A stretch of 63,904 nt of DNA, counting the filler, from Nemertoderma westbladi (taxonomy: Eukaryota; Animalia; Xenacoelomorpha): NCBI GenBank assembly GCA_032718475.1. It is 3 parts of 3 records of this genome, joined end to end, with 100 filler letters (N's around TTAATTAATTAA, not from the genome) between each part and the next. Parts side by side here need not be neighbours in the genome. Positions count along the whole stretch, not along the records: positions 1 to 29,984 come from JAUCBJ010003265.1; 2 more parts are not named here. One strand, written 5' to 3'. Under the pieces are notes generated by a model. The model ran no database searches and was not told where the DNA came from. It saw only the letters and a list, made by a program, of their open reading frames with translations. The position numbers and the translations under genes are program-made. Positions within the stretch are counted from its first letter, which is position 1, and each line of letters starts with the position of its first letter. Shown piece after piece: positions 12,723 to 23,135 of the stretch.

Positions 12723-12953
12723 GATTTAATACCGTAATAGTAGGCCTAGATAATAATTTATGCTGGTATATTTCAGTATTTCTTAAGTAGGCCTAGATAA
12801 TAATTTATCATATTCCTTCCTGCCTCTGCCGAGCCGAGCCATCTTATAGTACTCAACTAGCTAATTTATAGCGATCTGGCTATTGCTATTTCATTATAAT
12901 AACAGTAAATTATTGGTATACATTTGTGTTTCAGCTTTTACTGATTTCAAACC

Positions 12954-15377
12954 ATGGCTGGTCCACAATCCCTGGTGAAGATGCAGGAAAGCTCAGCTAC
13001 AATATTCATAGATAAATGGCCTTCAGTTGAGCAAAGTATTAGCAAAATTCTCAAACAGGAAAACGTAAGCAAGGAAGAATGGGTCGGGATGTTTATTAAC
13101 ATTCACAACATCGTTTTGTGGGATACTGGTGCAACAACGGAAGGAAATACTAAGGTATATATAGCTCTAAAAGACAGACTGATTAAATACATTACTGAGG
13201 CCCAGAATCGCGTATTAGTTCCCCGTTCTGACGAAGCCTTGTTGGAAGCCTATATATCAGAATGGAGCCGATTCTTCCGTTACTGCTCGTACCTTCCGTT
13301 CGCATTTAAATCTGTTTCCAGTACCAAAAATGGAACAAATGCAACTACTAGCTCAAACAGTTCGCAGTCTAATAAAGACCCCGTTATCACAAAACCAGGG
13401 GGTTGCACCGCCCATGATGATACTGGTAGTGCTGTGCGAAATCTAATGTTGGATCTATGGAATACACACATTTTCTCGAATATTAAACATAGACTACAGC
13501 ATTCTGCTGTAAACCTTATAGAACGCGAAAGGCGAGGTGATATTATAGATGCTAATTTGGTAATTGGGGTGCGTGAATCCTTTGTCACTCTCTCATCCCA
13601 CAGTGACAGTAAACTGTCCATCTACAAAGAACACTTTGAGGATGATTATATTAAAGCAGCTGAGACTTTCTACCTTAAACATGCACCGGAAGAGCTAGAA
13701 AACAGGGGTGTCAGCAACTACATGGAGTATGCAGAGGAGAAACTGCGGGAGGAGGAACATAGAGCTATACGTTATCTTGAAACGAGTCAATATTGCAATT
13801 CTGTTGAGAATCTCATGGCTAAATGCGTCGAGGTATTGGGGGAGAAATTTAAAGATCAAATAATGGCCGAATTTCCAAGCAGCATAAAGACAAACAACAC
13901 GAAACAATTGAGATTAACTTACACCTTACTGAACAGATTGTCTAGCAATAAGGGCGGCGTCGAGCCAATGCTGGATGAAATGGAGATTCATATCAAGACA
14001 GAAGGTTTGCAGGGGATGCACGAAGCTGCAGAGTATATCCAAGCAAGCCCTGAAAAGTATGTAGAGAAACTGATGGATTTGTTTAACCGCTACTCTAAGC
14101 AGGTTAAAGAAGCCTTTAATAACGATCATAGATTCCTTACAGCGCGTGACAAAGCCTACCAATATATAGTAAACGACTGCTCCGTGTTCCGCCTGCATAT
14201 GCCCACAAAAGCAAAGAGTTATGCTATGGGTAAAGACTCAGTAGAGTCGCGTTGTCCAAAGCTGCTGGCTTCTTTCTGCGATTTGCTACTACGGAAGACC
14301 GTACTAAGCCGTCGTCTCACATCCGAAGAAATCGATGTTAAACTAGCGAACGTTCTTAATATACTGAAGTACGTCAACAATAAAGACGTTTTCATGAAGA
14401 ACCATAAGACTTTCCTTTCCCGCAGACTCGTTCTGGATATCTCTTCTGATTCAGAGAAAGAGGAAAATATGCTAACGTCTTTAAAGGATATAGGCATGCC
14501 TGCTGAATACATTCAAGACATATCGGTAATGTTTAAAGACATTAAACTGTCATTGGATCTCAATCAGGAGTTCAAGTCAAACCCCCATTGGTCGGATTCT
14601 ATTACCATAAAGATACTGACCTCTAGTGCGTGGGCACGCAACTCTGATAAAGTTCCAGTATCCTTGCCGCTAGAACTTCAGGACTATGGACCCGAGATTA
14701 AAAAGTTTTACACAGACAAACACCATGGGAGGATATTAACTTGGCACCATATAACATCCAATGGGGTTATCACATTCGCCAATGATTCGGGAAGATATGA
14801 TCTCGAAGTAACAACTTTTCAGATAGCAGTTCTATTTGCCTGGAACTCGAGACCTAAAGATAAACTTTCTTTGGAATCGCTAGAGTTGGCAACACAACTC
14901 CCGGCCCCCGAACTAAAGCGCACACTTCTGTCATTGGCTGCTATCCCCAAACTTAAGCGTCAGATCCTCTGCCATAATTCCCCGCGGGCAATTACTTCAA
15001 TCAGCGACATTATTGAATCCACATTATTTTGGATAAACCAAGAGTTTGCCCTCATCAGAAATGGTAAACCTCAGTCTCGCGGGAAAGTCAACGTCATAGG
15101 GACTTTGCAACTTTTTTCCGAGCACACCCACGACATGGAAGATTGTGAGGCTATCGTCTACCTACGTATACATCGAATACAGGAGGCCATAGTTAAAATA
15201 CTCAAAATGAGAAAGAGAGTGAGCCACCAACAGTTGATAACTGAGCTCATTGAAATGTTGAAAAATATGTTTGTACCAACTAAAAATATGATCAAAGAGC
15301 AAATTGAGTGGCTAATTGAAAAGTGCTACATGAAACGGGACAAAGATGACATCAATTTGTATATTTATATAAGTTGA
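12954..15377 (+). CDS. CUL5: Cullin-5, 807 aa, single coding exon
   Basis: An uninterrupted ORF starts in a good Kozak context (aaaccATGG). CUL5-type segments include ESRCPKLLASFCDLLLRKT.LSRRLTSEEID.KL..VL.ILKYV.NKDVFMK and GRYDLEVTTFQIAVLFAWN. The C-terminus RIQEAIVKILKMRKR...KNMFVP.K.MIKEQIEWLIE retains the neddylation Lys. A probable 5'UTR-intron acceptor (tttgtgtttcAG) ends at 12934. Confidence 0.95.
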   Translation: MAGPQSLVKMQESSATIFIDKWPSVEQSISKILKQENVSKEEWVGMFINIHNIVLWDTGATTEGNTKVYIALKDRLIKYITEAQNRVLVPRSDEALLEAYISEWSRFFRYCSYLPFAFKSVSSTKNGTNATTSSNSSQSNKDPVITKPGGCTAHDDTGSAVRNLMLDLWNTHIFSNIKHRLQHSAVNLIERERRGDIIDANLVIGVRESFVTLSSHSDSKLSIYKEHFEDDYIKAAETFYLKHAPEELENRGVSNYMEYAEEKLREEEHRAIRYLETSQYCNSVENLMAKCVEVLGEKFKDQIMAEFPSSIKTNNTKQLRLTYTLLNRLSSNKGGVEPMLDEMEIHIKTEGLQGMHEAAEYIQASPEKYVEKLMDLFNRYSKQVKEAFNNDHRFLTARDKAYQYIVNDCSVFRLHMPTKAKSYAMGKDSVESRCPKLLASFCDLLLRKTVLSRRLTSEEIDVKLANVLNILKYVNNKDVFMKNHKTFLSRRLVLDISSDSEKEENMLTSLKDIGMPAEYIQDISVMFKDIKLSLDLNQEFKSNPHWSDSITIKILTSSAWARNSDKVPVSLPLELQDYGPEIKKFYTDKHHGRILTWHHITSNGVITFANDSGRYDLEVTTFQIAVLFAWNSRPKDKLSLESLELATQLPAPELKRTLLSLAAIPKLKRQILCHNSPRAITSISDIIESTLFWINQEFALIRNGKPQSRGKVNVIGTLQLFSEHTHDMEDCEAIVYLRIHRIQEAIVKILKMRKRVSHQQLITELIEMLKNMFVPTKNMIKEQIEWLIEKCYMKRDKDDINLYIYIS

Positions 15378-16639
15378 TTAGGAAATTCTAAGATAAAAAT
15401 TCGCGATGAAATTAAGTATAATTAATAATATTAATTGCTGGCAGTAATTTGTCAATTTTCAACGTTATTTATTTGGATAAATATATACCGGTACACAGTA
15501 TTTTATAATATTGAATTAGAATTGTATTTAACATTTATGTACTCTGCTGATATTTAATTTGTTGAACATTACTTACATTTGAATTTGAAATTTAAATATT
15601 TAACCATACAAATCTTACTGTGCTCATTAATGCGTATTCAATCACATCTTAATTTTTTACGAGTATTTTCCTATTACGGGGCACTAGAAGCAGCACTGTA
15701 GTATTTCAGTAGAGGGTCAGGTCTCAAAATTTTGATTGTATACCGAACCCAGATTGTCTTCCAAAAGGTGTAACTAACCGATATTCAGCACGATTTAATT
15801 TAATTTTGATAATAAGTTTTATAGGCTGCAGTTTTCATACGACCTAATCTAAACATCGTTTTACGGACTAAATGTATTTCAATAGGAAGCAAATTTTATG
15901 GTTGGGGCGGGGCATTTCTCTCAGTCGTATGACTATGAGGCTGATATTAGTCTCATACGAACCGCAATCAATGGTCGGTCGATATGGGGGGAGGGTAGAT
16001 GTGGGTTTGGTGACCTATATCCAAATATTTTGGAAACTACCGGCCGTTATATGTTTGCAAAGCCCAAACAAGGTACCGACCGGTAAGTGATTTTAGGTAG
16101 AAGGCTACACGTTAGTTTCTTCACTTTGAGACACCGTATAAGGCTGGTTATATGCTGATTCGAATCGCAATTGTCGATATAGTGGGTGTAGCTAGTGGTA
16201 TTTTGATCACATTCCGAATATTAAGGAAGCGAGACAGGGGAGGGGGGGGGGGGGGCTGGACGCAAATACCATGTGGGATTTGAGATTAAGGAATTTGGGA
16301 ATAAGGTATTTGGGAATAAGGTATTTGGGATTGAGGTATTTGGGATTTGCCATTATATTAGTGATTATCGGTTTTTATTTGTTGATCGGCCATTATTGGT
16401 TGACTGAAGAAGATACGCAATGAGTATCTCATTGTGCCTCATAATAAGGCTCTTGTCAACAAGTCAACCCCACCGACTAGCGGCACTGGCTGTTTCCGCT
16501 AACGGGGCTCAGTTGAACAACGCGTCCTTTTGGGATCTGGGAATAAGAAATTTGGGATTTGGAAATAAAGGAATTTGGGTAAATCATTTGGGCTTTGGAA
16601 ATAGGGAATTTGGGATTTTGAATCTGTAAATAAAACGTA

Positions 16640-17940
16640 TTACAAGTTTATGCAGGTTAGTAAAGGAGCAGGCTATAGAGGCGGGAAGATAGAACCAAAA
16701 CAATAAACGATAGTTAACACATGTTACAAGATTATGCAGGTTAGTAAAGGATCAGGTTATAGAGGCGGGTAGATAGAACCAAAACAATAAACGATAGTTA
16801 ACACATGTTATAAGATTATGCAGGTTAGTAAAGAAGCAGGCTATAGAGGAGGGTAGATAGAACCAAAACAATACACGATAGTTAACACATGTTACAAGAT
16901 TATGCAGGTTAGTAAAGGAGCAGGTTATAGAGGCGGGAACATAGAACCAAAACAATAAACGATAGTTAACACATGTTACAAGATTATGCAGGTTAGTAAA
17001 GGAGCAGGTTATAGAGGCGGGAACATAGAACCAAAACAATAAACGATAGTTAACACATGTTACAAGATTATGCAGGTTAGTAAAGGAGCAGGTTATAGAG
17101 GCGGGTAGATAGAACCAAAACAATAAACGATAGTTAACACATGTTATAAGATTATGCAGGTTAGTAAAGAAGCAGGCTATAGAGGAGGGTAGATAGAACC
17201 AAAACAATACACGATAGTTAACACATGTTACAAGATTATGCAGGTTAGTAAAGGAGCAGGTTATAGAGGCGGGAACATAGAACCAAAACAATAAACGATA
17301 GTTAACACATGTTACAAGATTATGCAGGTTAGTAAAGCAGCAGGCTATAGAGGCGGGAAGATAGAACCAAAACAATAAACGATAGTTAACACATGTTACA
17401 AGATTATGCAGGTTAGTAAAGGATCAGGTTATAGAGGCGGGTAGATAGAACCAAAACAATAAACGATAGTTAACACATGTTACAAGATTATGTAGGTTAG
17501 TAAAGGAGCAGGTTATAGAGGCGGGTAGATAGAACCAAAATAATAAACGATAGTTAACACATGTTACAAGATTATGCAGGTTAGTAAAGGAGCAGGTTAC
17601 AGAGGCAGGTAGATAGAACCAAAACAATAAACGATAGTTAACACATGTTATAAGATTATGCAGGTTAGTAAAGAAGCAGGCTATAGAGGAGGGTCGATAG
17701 AACCAAAACAATACACGATAGTTAACACATGTTACAAGATTATGCAGGTTAGTAAAGGAGCAGGTTATAGAGGCGGGAACATAGAACCAAAACAATAAAC
17801 GATAGTTAACACGTGTTACAAGATTATATAGATTAGTACAGGAGCAGGTTACAGAGGCGTGAAGATTGAACCAAAACAATAAACGATAGTTAACTCATGT
17901 TAGAAAATTTTGCAGGTTAATAAATGAGCAGGTTAAAGAT
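16640..17940. repeat. 84-bp minisatellite, about 15 units
   Basis: The unit GTTACAAGATTATGCAGGTTAGTAAAGGAGCAGGTTATAGAGGCGGGTAGATAGAACCAAAACAATAAACGATAGTTAACACAT is repeated in tandem, giving a 28-aa period in the ORF track. Confidence 0.96.
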
Positions 17941-18056
17941 GCATATGCATGAACACAAATACAAACTGCGGATTTACCGATAAATGACGAAGGTAGTGTA
18001 TAATTTATTATTATTATTAGATTCTTTATTCCAGATCCATAAAAGGTTTCATGTCA

Positions 18057-18134
18057 GTCCTTCACGACGTTCTAACGCCTGAGTTGAAGGAGATGTTAAG
18101 AAACGTTGACGTTACTGATCTTTACCCCGAGTTC
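18057..18134 (+). other. Exact 78-bp duplicate of TAF1 exon-1 coding sequence, inverted relative to the gene
   Basis: It is base-for-base identical to the reverse complement of 7196-7273 and encodes VLHDVLTPELKEMLRNVDVTDLYPEF. Confidence 0.95.
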
Positions 18135-18176
18135 GTTAGTTACCCCGAGTTAGTAATAGAAGTAGACGTAGTGATA

Positions 18177-18210
<34 letters not shown>

Positions 18211-18229
18211 CGAGGGGTTTCCTCGAAAC

Positions 18230-20253
18230 AGGAGACGGGCCCCCCTGGACTGACAACAAAATTCAGAAGTGCCGAAATGACCTCTACAAGGCGCAGAAAG
18301 AGTCCCGACTCAAACAGACTACAGCGGCCAGGAATGCAGTTAAGGCTGCATCTAGGTCCCCGAACAGGCAGTACTCTGTTAATCTACAGGATCTAATAAA
18401 CCAACAGGTTGATGCCATCAATGATGCTGACGACAGCAGGCAATCATACCAGGCATGGAGATCGATCAACTTGCTTGCTGGTCGAAAAAGCCAACCAACC
18501 ACCAAGGTTAAGGCTGAATCACCAGCCGATCGCCTCAATGGTTGGAAGGCCCACTTTGAAAAGCTCGTCAATAATGACAGGGTATTGCCTGATAACTTTA
18601 TAGAAGTAAAAGAGTCTGAGTCTGTACTCCCAGATATTCCCATTGGTGATATCTCCTTTGCAGAAGTGAAGGCTGCTGCAAAGAGCATTAAGACCAATCG
18701 TGCCAGTGGAGTAGATGGTGTTCCCCCTGAGGTCTTTAAAATACCTGAGTGTTTAAAGCTCATATATCCCATCATAGTAGACATGTACCGAACAACAAGA
18801 GTCCCACAAGAAATGAAAACAAATAAGTTGGTGCCAGTTCCCAAGAAGGGCAACCTAACACTCTATGGTTCTTTTCGGGGAATCTCATTGATCTCGATTG
18901 CTGCAAAGCTATACAATAGAATTCTATTAAATCGCATCAGGGATCCCATTGAGAGACTGCTCCGTGGAAATCAGAATGGGTTCCGTAAAGGTCGTCGGAC
19001 CATGGAGCCCATTTTGGAACTTAGAAGGATAATTTAAGAGTTATCAAAAAAGAAAGACAGGCATCTGGCTGTTATCTTTGTTGACTTCTTCAAGGCCTTT
19101 GATTCAGTCTCTCGCTCACGTATGTTCAGCATACTTTCATTATATGGGATTCCTGATGAAATTATTGCAGCAATCAGATCAGTACGATGGTTCGACAACA
19201 TTTGTTTCTACTGTTGACGGTGACACAGAACCATTTGAAGTGTTATGGGGCGTCCTCCAGGGAGACACACTTGCACCATTCTTGTACATTATTGTGGTTG
19301 ACTATGTTCTGCGCATGTCCTTAGATCATCATAATGATGATGGGGTGATGATAACTCCACCTACTGGCTCCAGAAGTCGAGGAAATCCTGCCAAGTATCT
19401 AACTGATCTAGACTTTGCTGATGACTTAGGAGTACTCTCAGAATCACTAGAGGGAGCCCACCGGCTCCTCAGCTCATTAGAACATGCTGCTTCTAGTGTT
19501 GGTCTTTTTATTAACTCCAGAAAGACCACAATTTTGACAGTTAACTTTGAAAGTCCTCAGCAAGTCTCTGATCGGATGAGCATAAGCTCAAAAGATGGTA
19601 TGCTTGAGCATGTGGATGACTTCTGTTACCTGGGATCATGATCCGGAAGTCAGGTGAGGACCTTCGAATACGTAAGGGAAAGGCATGGGCAGCCTTGAAT
19701 AGGCTTTCCAGGATTTGGAAGTCACCGAGAATTAATCGGAAACTTAAGGTCCGATTATTTAGAGCAGCAGTAGTTCCAGTACTCCTCTATGGGAGTCCAT
19801 GCTGGGCTCTAACTGCTGAGGACACTAAATCTCTGGATGGCACATTCACAAGAATGCTACGCCGGGTTCATTGTGTCAAGTACAATGCACACATCTCCAA
19901 CCAGACACTATATAACATTGGAGGTGTCTCATTGGTTCCCCCAAGCTTGACACTAGAACAAAATCGCCTCCGCTTTGCAGGACATTGCTTTCGCCGTGAG
20001 GACCAGCCAGTGCATAATCTTGTACTTTGGCAGCCTCATGGAGTGAATAAGCATGGTGGACAGCCCATGACTTTCTTGAGACGTATCTTAAAGGACACTG
20101 GCCTTGAAGATGCGGATGATCTAGCAAATGTCATGGGTGATAGGGAGTTGTGGCGGTGCAATTTTGTCGATAAGCCGGCACAGCATTCTTAAAATGCAGC
20201 TGCAATGCAGCATGCCGATCCTAGTAGTACCATAGATAGATAGATAGATAGAT
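18230..20253 (+). mobile_element. 5'-truncated RTE-like non-LTR retrotransposon with a disrupted reverse transcriptase
   Basis: RT motifs include PKKGNL...FRGISL.SIAAKLYNRILLNRI, NQNGFRKGR, GVLQGDTLAPFLYIIVVDY, LDFADD and DDFCYLGS. There is a premature TAA at 19035-19037 plus frameshifts, and a (TAGA)n 3' tail at about 20234-20253. No endonuclease domain remains. Confidence 0.88.
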
Positions 20254-22760
20254 TTATTTATACATTATGTAAAAACAATAACAAATACACCAAACAATGT
20301 ACCGGTATAAAGGTATTGTCCAACATAACATATAGGATTACCCCTAAAGCTTTGCAGCTTATTTCCAAGGGGGTCCTTTATGTTACTTGGTTACAAATAC
20401 AATATTACACTACGCTAACCTAAAACCAATATAAAACGTAATTACACTATGTACATGTACAACTTTACCGAGAGCGTGACAATGTCCGACTCAACGATAA
20501 AGATGTAATGTACAGAATAATTTAATATAAAACGTAATTACAGTATAAATAGTAAATAATTAATAAACTAATAACTTACAGTACCGTAGGACTATTGTTA
20601 CAATATTATTTTTATATATACTATTTTTACAATGCACATACAGATTTAACTGCAGATTTAAAAGAATGTTGATTATCTAGGTTTTTAATTTACCAATTTT
20701 TAATGCCGTTAAAAAAAGGGAGGTAGAAGTTTGAAGCACTAGCTCTGGTACTGTAAGAGTGTGTATCGTGCATTCTGTTGAATTTTTGTTTTAGGTAATT
20801 GGGACATTTACCATTATACACTTTATGCACATGGTTAAGGCGTAGCTGCTTAACTCTACTATCTAAGTTAAGTAGTCCAGATTCAGTAAAGTCATCTGGA
20901 GTTAGGTGGTGCCTAGGTTTGTAGTCTTTAATAAATCGTACTACTTTATTCTGAGCTACTTGTAATTAACATTTAAGCTGTTTGGTTAAGCCTTCATACC
21001 AAGAAGAGCATGCATAGTCCATGTGACACTGTATTAAAGAAGAGCAAAGTAACTTGCGGGAGTCGGTGTTTAAACTATTTTTATTTCTGTATAGAAACCT
21101 AAGCCTACTGTTAACTTTCGAGAAAATATCTTTCACTATGCTTTCTCCTGATAAGCAGTTATCCAATGTGGCGCCTAAATATTTAACTTCCTTTTATTTT
21201 CAATCTTATGTCCATTACTAGTGACTTCAAACTTAGTTACCTTCTTTAACTTTCTTTTGGAACCAAATAAAATACTTTCAGTCTTACCGTAGTGAATGGA
21301 TAGCTTATTATCAACCAACCACTCATTACACGATTCTAGAACTGCACTTAACTTTTGGGAAATATGGATAGGATCTTTATGAGAGAAATAAGAGCACTGT
21401 CGTCGGCATATAAAATGAGTTTAAAATCGGGATCTTTACTACTTATCATATCATTTACATAGCATACAAAAAGCAGAGGACCTAATATACTACCTTGCGG
21501 TACACCACAGGTAATCTCTTGTAGAGTAGACTGCGATTTGCTAATGACTACAGTTTGACCTCTGTCTGACAGGTAGGACTTGAACCAGTCTATAGAACCT
21601 ACACCCATCAGGCCTAACTTACCAAGCAGAATTTCGTGATCTACAGTATCGAAAGCCTTTTGTACTGTAGGTCCAACATTACCATACCAGTATATAAACC
21701 CTTTGCGTTATTACATCTAATTGTATCAGTTAAGTTAATAAGGCAGGTGTCTGTAGAATATGATTTACGAAAACCGGACTGAAGTTCATAGATCAGATTT
21801 AGCCTACTAAGATGTGCTTCCAGCTGTAGAAAAACAGAACGTTCTAGAATTTTAGATACAATACATAAGATACTAACAGGTCTATAATTACAGGGTTCTA
21901 CCTTACTATTCTTTTTATACAGAGGAACAACCTTAGCTAATTCCAGTTCGTCTGGTACTACATTATCTACGATAGAGTAATTAATAATAAAAGTAATAGG
22001 CACTTTAAGTACTTCAGCACCATCCTTAAGAAAACAGGCAGGTATTAGGTCTAGACCGGTACTTTTTGAGGCTGATAGGCTAAGTAGATTTTGAAAAACG
22101 AAATCCTCAGAAACGGGTTTTAAAAATAACTTTTCTGAATTTTGTAACTTTTCTAAATAAAAATTATTTAGAGTTTCGGACCCTATACTATATTTATTAG
22201 TTGATAACGGTAACTTCTTAACTAAATAAATTAGAGGCAACATTAGTAAAATAATTATTAAATAAATTGCTAACTAGAGTATGATCATGAATCAGCTCAC
22301 CGTTATCTTGCAGAACAATATTCGATTTAGATTTAAGGTTTTTATAACCTAAAGATTTTAGGGTAGACCATAGACTTTTAGGATTATCTTTATTCTCACT
22401 TATTTTGTTGTACAAATATTCAGATTTAGCTTTTTTTATTTCCCGTTGGACAAGGTTTCTATATTTGCAGTAATTATTATAATCAGCTACCTTAAAACAC
22501 GGTATTTCCTAAATTTATACAAATAGTTATCTCTTTCTCTGATATTACTAAGAAAACCCGAGGTCATCCAGGGCTCAGTGCGTTGTTTAAGACTAATTTC
22601 TTTAATTGATGCTACAGTATTAAGTGCCTTTAGAAATATATCTTTAAAAACAGTGTACGCAAGGTTAATGTCAGCGGCCTTAAAACAGGGTTCCCAGTCA
22701 GAATTAACTAACAAACTTAAAAAGCGTTCCTTGCTGTAATTTTTCATAGACCGGGGAAAT
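20254..22760 (-). mobile_element. Degraded CR1/L2-group LINE (reverse transcriptase fragments)
   Basis: Fragmented ORFs carry [59 protein letters not shown] and LIQCHMDYACSSW, with many frameshifts. It lies tail-to-tail with the RTE-like copy. Confidence 0.88.
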
Positions 22761-23135
22761 ATTATTAAATAAAGAAAACAGAAGACATGGAGAGATAATT
22801 GGTGATAATTCGAAAACTTAAAACAGCTTAAGAAGGAATTTATAACTTTTTTTAGAATTTTTGTTGGGCACAGCTTTTGCAAAGTCGGCAATGACGTCCA
22901 GGTGGGATGGAACTGGTAACCTCCGGATTGGAAGTCTGATGCTCTAATCATTCAGCTAGCGGCTCAGGTAAAAGATAGACCTGGAAATACTACAGTATCT
23001 GATACCTTGTATGTCCGCACTTTTGTTAGATTATGTTAGAGTGTATTATCATTGTGGGCGTGATGGTTCATGGTTAATATACACTACCCTTTCATTAGCG
23101 AGTGGTTAAAGACGGCCAAATACTGTTTCCATGTG

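Noticed and set aside
16752-17879. Cys/Phe-rich repeat ORFs
   Set aside because: They are translations of the 84-bp satellite.
18179-18209. Poly-G tracts (also about 7956, 16236 and 30086) as functional poly-Gly or G4 elements
   Set aside because: Homopolymer lengths are unreliable in assemblies, one tract abuts a gap, and there is no independent support for function.
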